The position numbers were made by a program, and so were the translations under genes. A stretch of DNA of 63,928 bases, counting the filler, from Choristocarpus tenellus KU-1152 (taxonomy: Eukaryota; Protista; Phaeophyceae), in the NCBI GenBank assembly GCA_964200185.2. It is 10 parts of 10 records of this genome, joined end to end, with 100 filler letters (N's around TTAATTAATTAA, not from the genome) between each part and the next. Parts side by side here need not be neighbours in the genome. Positions count along the whole stretch, not along the records: positions 52,217 to 56,142 come from CAXNAD020017108.1; positions 56,243 to 59,518 come from CAXNAD020021102.1; positions 59,619 to 63,928 come from CAXNAD020015177.1; 7 more parts are not named here. One strand, given 5' to 3'. A model generated the notes under the pieces. It was not told where the DNA came from and made no database searches. It worked only from the letters and a program-made list of their open reading frames with translations. Shown here in pieces: positions 52,117 through 63,867 of the stretch (positions are counted from its first letter, which is position 1; every line of letters starts with the position of its first letter).

Positions 52117-52216
52117 NNNNNNNNNNNNNNNNNNNNNNNNNNNNNNNNNNNNNNNNNNNNTTAATTAATTAANNNNNNNNNNNNNNNNNNNNNNNNNNNN
52201 NNNNNNNNNNNNNNNN
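52117..52216. other. Artificial contig-joining spacer
   Basis: 44 N + TTAATTAATTAA + 44 N. Confidence 0.97.
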
Positions 52217-52239
52217 ATATGTATATAGTTTTCATTGGT

Positions 52240-52680
52240 TTCCCCCTGACACATCAGCAAAATGTCAGAGGGCATAATAATAAAATAGTAGTAACTGGGG
52301 AAGGAGCCAGTGGTCTATTATCCGTAGTGCTTCCCTCGTACAAGTCGGATGGATAAAAACAGATTTTTCAATGGAAAAATATCTGGTGTCGATGGGGTTG
52401 GAACAAAGGGAAACATTAATGTTGAGGCATGAGGACATACCTCGATGAAGACCTGATTGCGTCTTTGTACGTGCGTGTTCGCCAGGGATGTAACCCTGGT
52501 GTTAAGGCCTACATCGCACGACGATGAACCGCGCAATCTTGTCACTTCTCCAGTGTTGTACCACTCACGATACTGTACCAACATAAAAGTGATACAATGC
52601 CAAGTTTTCTTAGTGTCATAAACGTACTTCATCCTACTTTTGCCCTCCTGAAATTTTGCAGATGTGCAAAAATTGCAAAA
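52240..52680. repeat. Two outward-facing ends of repeat family C (TTTGCCCTCTGACATTTTGCAGATGTG); also at ~557-590 and ~20735-20770
   Basis: CACATCAGCAAAATGTCAGAGGGCATAAT at ~52250 and TTTTGCCCTCCTGAAATTTTGCAGATGTG at ~52638. Probably TIRs of a third DNA transposon family. Confidence 0.5.
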
Positions 52681-54152
52681 AATCATTCTTATAAATCAAC
52701 AAAAAAAGAGAGGAAAAGTGATGTAAAATAATGTGATTTTTTTATGACTAAATTTCGGTAATTATAGTTGTTGGCGACCGGTAATTATAGTTGTCGGTAG
52801 ACAGTTATGCATATACAGGAAATACAACTAATTCATCTCTGAAATACAACTACTATACATGCACTGGAACAAAATGTTTATGGAGGGAAAAAAAGAAATC
52901 GCGACAATAGAAAATAACAACAAAACCCGTCTTGCATAGAGTCCTACAACCAGACCTTGATTATGCGAAATGCCCTGGATTACATAATTACTTGAGGCTT
53001 TGTTGTCATGTACGCAAGAATTAATGATGGTTGGGTGGTATGTATACGATCACTGGATGCTGAAAACTGGGTTTTTGAGTGTTTGTGAGGCCCAAGATCC
53101 TCAGCATCATGGCGCATGATATCTGCACCGCACATCCCTTACCTCAAATAGTATGTAGCTACTCAATATATGGAGTAATTAGTAAGACAGGGGGAGTTAC
53201 CAATCCAATTTGCAAAAAGATGTAGTTAATGGACAAAGGTATACTTTTCCTAGAACACTCTCATTATTTCGCTGCCATTGGCAGCTACATAACAGTTGGA
53301 TACATTGTAGAGGTTACCAGTCGTCTCACCAGTGAGCCAAATCAAACGAGAGTTACACATGGTTGTATTTTAAGGATGCTGACAAAAAAAATTCCGAAAT
53401 TGACGTTTTTGTACACGTATAGGGACTCTTCTGAATCCCGTAAGAAGAAATGAAACAACAGAGAAATTGATGTTCTCAAGTCAACCTTTAAGATTTCATC
53501 CATAATAAGGGTGGAATGCAAAAAGACAATAAAAAGGTGTCCTAATATGGCAAGGACGAAGACCTGGGTACCTCGCATTTACTTTTGGCTCATTTCAATT
53601 TGCAATAATATATTGATACATGCAGACTTGCGCAAAAAGGTTGGCATGTAGATTCCCTTTTGACCAGCTACAAAACAGTTCGATACATTTTCACACCTAA
53701 AGCTCGTGTCTCCAACCCAATTCGCACAGAGGTATTGATACATGACTTGCGATAAAATATTGGCACATAACTCCTCTTTGGCAGTTACAAAACAGGTAAA
53801 GTACATTTATAGATACATTTTTTAGTATCTATAAGTCGTGTCTCCAGCCCAATTTGCAGCAGAAATATTGATAAAATCTACTTGCGCAAAAACAGTGGCA
53901 CATATCTTCTCACTAGCATCTACAGAACCCCCCGATATATTCGTAGCACCTTCAAGTCATGTTTCCCGTCCAATTCGCACAATGATATCCCTTCACGAAG
54001 ATTAAGGAAAAGAAGTTGACTCGTAGCGCCTCCTTGACTGCTACAAAACGGTCAGGTATATATTTAGTATCTGCAGGTAGTGTAACTATTCCAATCTGCA
54101 CAAAATTTTCGACTGATGACAACTTGTGTAAAACTAATTGGCGCGTAGTTCC

Positions 54153-54316
54153 GACCCAAAGTATCTGAGGGGGAGGGGGTCTACATTGGGTCACAATCAG
54201 GAAACGTGCACCTACATTATCCATCCGACGTATGTAACCAAATCACAAAAAAATCGCGACATAAAAATATTGGCCCCAAATGGAGAGTCGCCACTCCCCC
54301 CCAGATACTTCGAGCC
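54153..54316 (+). mobile_element. MITE family A, complete, TSD TTCC
   Basis: GACCCAAAGTATCTGAGGGG...CCCCAGATACTTCGAGCC with TTCC on both sides. Confidence 0.9.
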
Positions 54317-55421
54317 TTCCTCTTTGCCATCTTCAAACCATCTAGATATGTTTGACCACCTACAGATCGTGTCACCAATTCAACTTCGCAAGGATGTTGA
54401 TACACGACGACTTGCGATAAGACACTGGCGTGCAGCTTGTCTTTGGCAGTTTCAAAAAAGATGCCGATACAGTTGGATATATTTTCAGCACCAGCAAATT
54501 GTGTTGTCGGTAGTCCAATCTGCGCAAAGAGGTCCATACAGGACTGCTTGCATTGGCACATTCCCAATCTTTTGATCGCTACAAAACAGTGAGAGATACA
54601 TATTTTGTAACCTGCAGATTGTGTCACCAGTCTAACTTGTACAGAGATATCGATAGATGACCACTACCGGAGACACAATTGCGCATAGGTCATTTTTTCG
54701 CAGTTTCAAAACAGGAAGAAAACAGTTTGATATACTTTGGCACGTACAGGCCGTGTCAGCAGTCCAACTTGCACAAAGATACCGCTAATTGAAGACACTG
54801 GCGCAATATCATTGGTATATGGTTTTCTTTGGCAATTATGAAACAGGTACAAAATAGTTTGATGTATAATTTTGCACCCGCTGTTCCTGTCACCAGTCCA
54901 ACTTCCACAGAGGTATCAACTCACTGCGACTTGTACAGAAACGTTGGCACACAGCTTCTCTTTTTGGTGACCACCAATCAGTTCACTTACTCCATATATA
55001 TTAAGCACCTACGACGTCGTGTCATCAATCCAATGCCCACGAAGATCTTGCAAATATATCCATTTACGACTACATACACAAGATCGCTGACACGTTTCTC
55101 CTCGTTGGCAGTTATGAAACGAGTATAAATAATCAGATACACTTTTTAGTGGTTCGTGTCACCAATACAACTTGCACAAAGTTATCCATAAAGGACTATG
55201 TCGCAATAACATTGGCACATCCCTCTTAGAGTAATGCTAAGAGGTATACACATTCATACCGGTCTGTGATAGAAGCCCCAAAAACAGAAGGTGTCACCGC
55301 AGAAGGGAAGAGGACAAGCCCACCCACCATAATTGAGCAAACTTCCTTTTCGAAATACATAGAAGGAAGTGCTTCAGCCATTTCTGAGGATCCTTGCAAC
55401 CGTGTATATTCCTTAGTAAGT

Positions 55422-55686
55422 GAGCCAAAGTATCTTAGAGGGTAGAGCAGCGTCCATTTGGGGGTCAAAATCTAATGTTACGATTTTGATGTAGTTTTTC
55501 CTATCGTGTTTGTTAGGAAATGTCAATATCTATGTTTCGGACACACGTTTTCATAACGTATACTTTTTATCTACTCCGAAACATTTTGCAGAATAAGAAA
55601 AAATGTCTTAAAAACACCCATAGGAAGACAAGTCCCAAATGGACAAACAGGGAAAAATTCGTACCCTCTAAGATATACTTTCCCTC
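55422..55686 (+). mobile_element. MITE family B, complete, TSD AAGT
   Basis: GAGCCAAAGTATCTTAGAGGGTA...TACCCTCTAAGATATACTTTCCCTC with AAGT on both sides. Confidence 0.9.
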
Positions 55687-55946
55687 AAGTATCAATCTTT
55701 GGCACCTACATAAACAGGTGGATATACTTTTAGCACCTACAGGTCGTGCCACCAGTCCAATTTACTGAAAGACATCAATTGCTGACAACTTGCGCCAAAC
55801 CATTGGCACGTAGCTCCTCTCTGGCATCTTCAAAGCAACTAGATCGAGTTTTAGCACCTTCAGGATCATGTCACTAGTCCAATTTGTACGAAGATATCGA
55901 CAAAGGTTACTTGCACAAGAATCAAACCAATTGAGAGGTGGCAGGT

Positions 55947-56127
55947 GGCTCAAAGTATCTGGGAGGGGGGTTTTGCTGTCCATTTGGGGTCATTTTTTTC
56001 TTATCGTGATTTTTGGGTGATCTGGTTACCATACGTCGGATGGATAATGCAAATGCACTTTTCCCGATTTTGGTCCAAATGGACACCCTCGTGTAGACAC
56101 CCCCCACCCCCCCAGATACTTTGGGTC
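55947..56127 (-). mobile_element. MITE family A, complete, imperfect TSD AGGT/ATGT
   Basis: GGCTCAAAGTATCTGGG...CCCAGATACTTTGGGTC. Confidence 0.9.
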
Positions 56128-56142
56128 ATGTTTGGTCCCTTT

Positions 56143-56242
56143 NNNNNNNNNNNNNNNNNNNNNNNNNNNNNNNNNNNNNNNNNNNNTTAATTAATTAANN
56201 NNNNNNNNNNNNNNNNNNNNNNNNNNNNNNNNNNNNNNNNNN
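56143..56242. other. Artificial contig-joining spacer
   Basis: 44 N + TTAATTAATTAA + 44 N. Confidence 0.97.
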
Positions 56243-56253
56243 AGACATGATAG

Positions 56254-56800
56254 CCCCTCCTCACGATTAAATTTCGACAAGCTCAGTTAAGGCTGAGCAA
56301 TTTGATAGAGCTAATATCGTTGCAGTCACTGGGGAAGGTGAAGGTTAAGGCCATCCTTTGGAAGATATTGAGACAAAAACAAATAATTAGGAGGAACTAG
56401 TAATGTAACAACACTTGGTTTGCTTTAGGAGAAACGGAGAGAGTAGGAGCTGAAAAAAGAAGGGATACTTCTAGGTAAAGCACTCTGCTTCAATATTCAC
56501 TCAAGTATCAAGACACAATTATCCCCCTCCTCACGATTAAATTTCGACAAGCTCAGTTAAGGCTGAGCATTTTGATAGAGCTAATATCGTTGCAGTCACT
56601 GGGGAAGATGTACATAAAGGTAATCCTTTGGAAGACCACAAAAGGAGTGTGTATCAAACAAATTTTCGCGAGGGAGTACCACACCCTACAATATTGCACA
56701 AGAATCACAACACAATTATCCCCTCCTCACAACCTACTTTCAACAAGCTCATGCAAGCCTAAACATTTTGACAGAGCCACTATTGCAGTCACTGGGGAAA
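56254..56800. repeat. Direct repeats of ~85-110 bp (56254, ~56525, degenerate ~56720)
   Basis: CCCCTCCTCACGATTAAATTTCGACAAGCTCAGTTAAGGCTGAGCA.TTTGATAGAGCTAATATCGTTGCAGTCACTGGGGAAG near-identical twice. Confidence 0.85.
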
Positions 56801-57345
56801 TGGAAAAAAATATTAATGGAGGGGCACCTAACGCGCTTGTCACGAATGGGTATGTGTGTGATGAAAATATTACGACTTGATAAGAAGATCGCATGCTATA
56901 TATCTGCAGGGTTGTCAATCGAAGCAATTCAGCTCATCCAAAAATATCAGCAATTAACCTTTTGAATCAAGTTATTTTATCTCATACATGCACAGCACCT
57001 CACAGCATTCAGTTCAATACTTCAATCGAATCATTAAATACACAGAAACATTTTGAGCCAATTCAATTTGTAGTCACAAATCCTCCTGATGAACAACTCT
57101 GTAGAAATGACCTGAATGTGTTACTTTTAGGCCGGTTCAAACATGGGTTACTGTGTGCACAGAGAGGAATAGGGTATAGCTAACAGTTGCAAGAACTCTC
57201 TCAACAACAGCCAACCCAACAGAGTTGGAAGAATTCCTATAATCCTGGACAGCAACTGCAACTTGTAACTGGTCATGTTTTCATGCTGTAACATGTAGAG
57301 TAATAGGGTTTCCTGTAAGTGTGATCAAGCACCAACCAAACTCAC

Positions 57346-59093
57346 CTCGTAGAACCAGACGCTGGTTTCCATCAATGGACCCCTCTGTTCCCAGCTCTGC
57401 CACAACAAACGAGAACACATGCTCAGGGTTACGCTTCATTAACTGGCAGATGTCCTGAAAGTTTGCCCAGAGGGTCTGGCACAAGTCGAGTCAACCGACA
57501 ATCCCAAGGGTTAGGGAGAAAGGAGGGGAGCCTTGTTGACCAGTAGGTAAATAGAGACACAAATCACTAACATGTACATGTTAAACCTCGTACTTCACAA
57601 CACAAATCTCACGTAAGATTCTCCTCAAAGGATGGGTGTTAAACATGATGAAGGAGCACAGGTCTGAATGTGAACTGTAGTCAACCTCCTATATGTGGTC
57701 TTTTCTATATTTGTTGTTTTTATAGACATCAGGCATACAAACGGGATGTGGATGAAACGCATACACATACCCACAGCGGATGGGTATGCAATTATAGTTA
57801 CAACCAGTTTCTGGTCCAAACAAGAAAAAAAATTTAGGTCAACATGGGAAACACGTGACAGATCCATCTGCCCATCTGTTCAAATGACACATTACAGCAT
57901 AAAATACAGTCTCTTAACATACACCCTGGAAGTTTCTTTACAAAAAAGGACATGTCCAGGAGGAATACTTTATTTGCACCAAGAATGGGAACATCAGAAA
58001 TGATCAGTAACTGAAGGAGTATCATAGCGCAACTGCAAAAATGCACAGACACTAAGCTCATAGTCGATAGGAAATGTATTTCAAATACCTTGAAGTCTTT
58101 TCTATTGATAGTTTACCACATCTTGCTCCTAACCCATATGCGTTCAATGCCCAAACTTTAAGAAATTGAATGCATGTAAGCAGAGTATGCTGCACCCAAT
58201 GCCGAACTGCATACGAAATGTTATAATCCACAAGAATTTTCTCTCTTTGAACCTAAGTACCTTCCGTGTCCCCATGCGCATGAGCTGTGGTGGTTTAAGA
58301 GTGATCCGACTTCGTTCTGACAGCTCCGGATTGTTTACATGAAGGTTGTTCTGCCGGGAAAAAGAGGGGAAGACGAGGAAAGGAGAAGACTTTGAGGAAG
58401 GGTTGGTTTCATAAAAATGCCAGGAGAGCAGCATGCAAGCAGTCAATCCAACGTTAAGAATGGGTTGGTATTGTAATTTGTGAATGAAATAAAAAGACCA
58501 CGTTGACAGGTTGACCAAGAATGAATCGAACGACAACACCCTGCTTTATTCGTAGGAACTCTTACAAACGGTGCATTGGTACAAGCACAGTAGGAGTAAC
58601 ATCTTCCTTCAAGTCTGTCTCACGATATCAAACAAAGAGTTACACGCAAAGGGTCTCTTGCGACTACACATCATCTCATTCAGCCTGTGCTCCACCTGGA
58701 TTCGGTCCAGCAACGTTTCATACAGGTAATTTCCTTCTCCCTCCTCCTGCTCCTCCCCTTGCCCCTCTACATCTTCTTCATCTGCTCCAGGCTTGCGCTT
58801 CTTCTTCTTCTTTTTTTTCTTCTTCGTCAAGTCGAACATAGAAAGGTCAACCTCCTCTGCTGCGGGTGCATCCTCACCCTCGGCTGGGGCCTAACAACAT
58901 AGCGAGGTTTCGAGGGGTTAATACAAGCGAATTAGGTAGTTGCTAATATGTTTTAATCACTTCGAGTCATTGAGAGTGTGCCAAGCAAATTCGCCGCAAA
59001 GACAACAAACTTACTACAATATTCCTCCTCCTACCACCAAACGCAAACAAAAAACCCTACCTCAGCCTCCGGTTGGACCTCAATATCCCCCAT
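57346..59093 (-). CDS. EIF2S2: Eukaryotic translation initiation factor 2 subunit beta, exons 59093-59061, 58890-58696, 58350-58261, 57475-57346 (C-terminal Zn ribbon not in contig)
   Basis: In-frame GT-AG splicing: MGDIEVQPEAE-APAEG...FDLTKKKKKKKKKRK...YLYETLLDRIQ-NNLHVNNPEL...LKPPQLMRMGTRK-TLWANFQDICQLMKRNPEHVFSFVVAELGTEGSIDGNQRLVLRG. Confidence 0.95.
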
Positions 59094-59497
59094 GGTTTCC
59101 CCACCTACACTACATACACACTGCTCACCACAGCCTCTTGTACCCACACACAACATTTCTGGAAGGCGCGATCGCGCGAACCTTTTGTTTATTTAACCTA
59201 TCGCTCGCAGAAGGACAACTTCAATCCACTTGTTCCGTTTCACAAACATCACTATTACCATACTGTAAATGTGAGTAGTGTGAGGTTAAAACATGTGAGC
59301 AGGTGGTTTGTTAAGCTTTATCTCCTACTTGAACGAAGCTTTTGTGATGTAATCTCTTGTCTTTTCGGATGGGGACCATGTCAGTCAGGGAAGTTGAGAG
59401 CAGACTACGCGATGCGGAATACATGGCGGGATCTATCGTGTGGGTTTGACACCTATATGCACGTCTCTGATGTTGTTCCCCTTCTTCCCCTCCTGTT

Positions 59498-59518
59498 GGC
59501 TCAAAGTATTTGGGGGGG
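59498..59518. mobile_element. MITE family A TIR at contig end
   Basis: GGCTCAAAGTATTTGGGGGGG. Confidence 0.65.
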
Positions 59519-59618
59519 NNNNNNNNNNNNNNNNNNNNNNNNNNNNNNNNNNNNNNNNNNNNTTAATTAATTAANNNNNNNNNNNNNNNNNNNNNNNNNN
59601 NNNNNNNNNNNNNNNNNN
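59519..59618. other. Artificial contig-joining spacer
   Basis: 44 N + TTAATTAATTAA + 44 N. Confidence 0.97.
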
Positions 59619-59942
59619 GCAACAACCACCACCGTGATGCACATGAGGGGGAGGAGGGCATAAGTGGGAGAGTGAAATGGAGTGTTGCTTTCCTCTATTT
59701 AATGCTGCTTGGACAAGAGTGATGTGTTATTGTAGGCAATCTTGATTGACACTGGCTACAGTGGACTGGGTCCGTGATGTGTCAAACGCGATGGGTAAAG
59801 CAGGAGGCAATGGCATCAAGACCGGCATGAATGCTCAATGGGGGTGTCTTGGTTCAACTTCGTAGTAGAATTGGGACAGTCACAGCAACCAAGGTTCTCT
59901 AAGTCTGAAGTAGGCCCTACTGTACACAGTCGGTCCCAGCAC

Positions 59943-62900
59943 CTGGTAGGTGGTGAGAACAACAGTGTTTCCTCTCTTTGCGAAATTTCTCAGGACTTTC
60001 ATGAAGGCCACACCTTCAACTTTATCCAGCGTCTGCAAACAGAATGAACCAGACAAGTTAGTGGAATATGGTTGATGTGTGTGATAGTTCACAATACAGA
60101 AGTATTTAATCCTCGTTCCCAATCAATACTACGCAAGTGGTCCTCAAGGAGTTTGTCTTGCTCTGATCGGTCTCCAGAACCAACAAGTCACCCAACTGAC
60201 TATGAGGTATTCCTTGCCTTGAGGGGTTCATCAAGGAAGAGTATTCCAGGTTGGTTGAGTAGCTCAACAGCAAGGCATAACCTCTTTGTCTCTGCGACAG
60301 AGAGAGAGGACACTATCTTCAGTGCACAGTGATCAAGTCCTGTTTCCCTGGGTGAAGGAGTGGGAGAATGACTGGCTTGAAAAACAGTGCTCAGTTACCT
60401 TGTACTTCAAACGAACAGTTTTTGGACTGTGCTCTGCAGTTAAATTGTACAAATATTGTTGGAGAGGCCTTATTGAAAGTGTTGAGCAGATGATTACCAG
60501 AGGTGTAAACAGAAACCGGGCCAGTTGCGATACTTAAGCTTCTGTGCCATGTGACTGGCATATCAATGGATGCAATGAATTGATGTCAAGAATCTCCGAT
60601 TTACTGGGTGCATAGACATACTTTGATGATTTCTGGAAGTTCAACCCTTGCACTCCTGCCTACAAGTACTGCCTCAACGAAAACGTGTCACACAAGCCCC
60701 ACCATTATCGCAGAATACATGCCATTCCCTGTATCAGACGCAATGCATTGCACCTGATGACATTCATTATGCAGTGGGAGCGCTCAGTGCATGAGGTGGA
60801 TCCTGGCAGACGAAGCATGGCAGCATAGCAGAGGTTGTCAAAGACCGAAAGGCCGGGGAGGCATGGGCTGCCATGGAGTCTTACATACCCAGTCTTACGC
60901 AGGTAGGCCCTGCGAACATCCTTGAGGGAGAGAGAGCCCACCTTTTTGGGCAATCCGAGTCAGAGGGCATGCGAGGACGAGAATGACTAAGAATCGATTT
61001 ATGTAGGTAATAATAGTTTGACCAAATAGTCATGTATGGAAGGAACAAAAAGGTGAGCCGCCAGTGGAGGAGATAAACCATCGCTAAGTTTCCCAATCAA
61101 AATAGGCAAGCACAATGTTGGAGCTGTCGATACAAAAAGAATTCTTCATTGTCATGTAGTAGGTGTTAAAATATGGATGGTAAGATCAACACGAGAACCA
61201 TGGGGCAAGTACAAAGTGGCGCTTGTTGGCCAGAACGTATGTATTGTGTTTGCCAGGATAGGGTGGTGAGAATATGGCAGGAGGGGACACCTGAGAACTA
61301 TGGAGATTATGCTTTGTTTTATTAATTCTACGGTTGTACCCATCCCTTACGAATCCAACTACCCTATGTGGTAGATGTGGCATGCTCCTCGAAGAATCAA
61401 GTTGGGCTGATGTTGTAGAAATGTACTGGACATGTGTTTGACGTATTGGGTCGACATACATCCTGGTACGTCAAGCACCTTCCCCATAGTCAGGCACAAT
61501 TTCTTGGCAGTGAAGAGGTGAAAGCAATAATAATAGCTGATACCTACAGATCCCACGTTTCTGCCATCGCTATCACCAGTTTCTGCACAATGTGGACCAG
61601 TGCTCGTGTACACCCCCTACAAATATTTGTTTTTGCAGTGAAGAATCCTGGATCAGAGCATCTGAAGCAATTCGATGTACTACGTGAGCACAGACTACAA
61701 AATCGACTGAACTTCAGAGAACTGCCTGTACACTAGTCTTCATCAAAAGTTGATGGTGAACCTGTTCAGGCAATGTGTGCACTTCGAGAACAAGAAACGT
61801 ACATGCAGTGTGCCTTACGCTACTACTGCACCGCTCACTCAGAGCATGTTGCCCAGCCGAGTACCACCCCCCCTCTGTCTGTTCTCGAACCTCCTCATCC
61901 TAGCACAGCAACATAGGAAAGTCACTTTATTGACCATGATATGGCATATATATTTCGAGTGATCTTGTGCACACCCACATGGGAGAGGTTCCTAGACCCG
62001 GTTTTTCACACTTTCACTTTACCTGAATCGAGCCAGAGAACACGCCAACCTCACATCGAGCAGTTAGTAGTTCTAGGAGGGTTGTTTTTCCTGCCCCTGA
62101 GGGTCCTATGATAGCATTGACCTGTCCTTCCGCCACCGATAGGATACACATCAGAGTTCAAGACTTTATGTAAGCTCTCTTATGAGATGGGGTCATGGGT
62201 CGTAGGTGGGGTTGAGGAGCCAGAGAAAACACTTTTTTAGCAATGCAACAAAGCAGCAATTTCATACACATTCACAAACGTAATCCGTGTGCAGAGTATT
62301 CCATGCTCCTTTCTGATTCATCATCACATCAAAGTAACTACAGTAGTAGTACAGTACACCTATACATTTGCTCGTTCATGCCAAGATATTCTTGAAGCTC
62401 TCATTATTTTTTTGGTTATGGGTTCCGGGGAAGGTCGCAGGATGAAGACATCCTATTTGTTTAATGTAAATCCTGTTGAGGTCTAAATTTGTATTTCAAA
62501 CCATGTCCCCTTCCCCAAATTGTAATTATTCTGTCGTACTGCCTAATGCTTCCCAAAGGCATTAATAATGTGTATAGAAATAGCTTCATGGGCAGAGAGC
62601 AGAGTGAAAGTATCTTAGAGGGTACGAGTTTTGCCCTTTTTGTCCATTTGGGGCTTGGCTTCCCATGTTTTTTTTTATGACATTTTCCTACTCCAAAATG
62701 TTTCAGAGTAGGTAAGATGTATACGTTATGAAAAGGTGTGTTCGGAACAAGGGTATTGACACTTCCTAGCAAACACAATAACCGAAAATACATCGAAATT
62801 GCAGCATTGGAATTTGGCCCCCAAATGGACGCGGCCCTACCCTCTAAGATACTTTGGCTCAGCACGAATTTGGATCCTCTTAATTACTTTGTGCTTCTCT

Positions 62901-63313
62901 AAATGCACTACCTGCAATTTAGTACTCCTCTGTTTATGTATGGAGGACACATAAGACAATCCCATCCCTCCACGCTCGATTCTTGTCTCCAACCTTGAAG
63001 TAGCTACTTGGCCAAACTGCACAACACTATTTCAATGGCATCTTCATTCACCCAGCTATGGAAGGAATCAAAACATTACTACGAGCAATAGATAAGGTAG
63101 GCAGAGGACATTTCTGTATAGTACATCAGCCAAGAAAATATCAAGAGGATGCTTTCATCTATCAACACATATTTCTATTCAGGAGTAGACATAAAGACTA
63201 TGGCTTGCACCATAAATCTGAATTAATTGCTCAGTATACCTCTCCTGGGAGGAAATATCCTGAGATGTCGTCAAGGAGTGGTGGATTGGATGCCGGCAGG
63301 GAGTATGCTCCAT
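59943..63313 (-). CDS. ABC transporter G-family nucleotide-binding domain (partial gene); exons 63313-63240, 62121-62023, 60941-60754, 60347-60218, 60032-59943
   Basis: Spliced: [32 protein letters not shown] (Walker A)...GYVRLHG...LSVFDNLCYAAMLRLP...GLDHCALKIVSSLSVAETKRLCLAVELLNQPGILFLDEPLK-TLDKVEG...GNTVVLTTYQ. All junction phases are consistent, with one GC donor. Confidence 0.9.
62602..62860 (-). mobile_element. MITE family B, complete, TSD AGCA
   Basis: GAGTGAAAGTATCTTAGAGGGTAC...TACCCTCTAAGATACTTTGGCTC with AGCA on both sides; lies in an ABCG intron. Confidence 0.92.
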
Positions 63314-63438
63314 CTAAATTGGGAGCGATAGTGGCATGGTTGAGAGGGAGTGTTAGACAGTAGGACTTGTTGACAAGGCACGGGGGGAAATAGATCATGG
63401 TTGAGGAGGTCAAGTAGGTGAAGAAGTTATAACTTATT

Positions 63439-63692
63439 GTATCTTAGAGGGTAGAGTCTCGTCCGTTTGGGGGCCAAAATTCAATGCTGCGATTTTGATG
63501 TAATGTTGGCTATCATGTTTGTTAGGAAGTGTCAATATCCTTATTCCAGACACACCTTTTCACAACATATACATTTTACCTACTCTGAAACATTTCAGAG
63601 TAGGAATGTCAATGTCATAAAAAACCCTGTGGAAGCCAAGCCCTAAATGGACAAACAGGACAAAACTCGTACCCTCTAAGATATTTTTACTC
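63439..63692 (+). mobile_element. MITE family B, left tip truncated
   Basis: GTATCTTAGAGGGTAGAG...TACCCTCTAAGATATTTTTACTC. Confidence 0.88.
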
Positions 63693-63867
63693 TATAGTGG
63701 ATAAGAGTAGAGGGACTGTGACAATGAAGGGGAATATAGGACACCAGAGAGAATATGAGCACAAATATAAACAAGAGGGGGACCCAAATGGATCGATCTT
63801 GTTGACTTGTTTCGTCATACCTTTCCAACCGAAGTGGTTCAAAATCTGTGAGAATGTCCTCAAGAAT

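Larger units (their letters stand above)
53600..55925. repeat. Degenerate satellite-like array, ~120-135-bp unit, about 13 copies, interrupted by MITEs
   Basis: Anchors TCGTGTCACCAGTCCAA.TTGCACA, GACTTGCGCAA...ATTGGCAC and GCAGTTACAAAACAG recur at about 53705, 53836, 53957, 54078, 54367, 54499, 54619, 54751, 54884, 55017, 55154, 55744 and 55866. Confidence 0.8.

Noticed and set aside
62461-62865. Recurring small ORFs such as SILEGTSFALFVHLGL / KWTNRAKLVPSKIL at several loci
   Set aside because: Translations of non-coding MITE B sequence.
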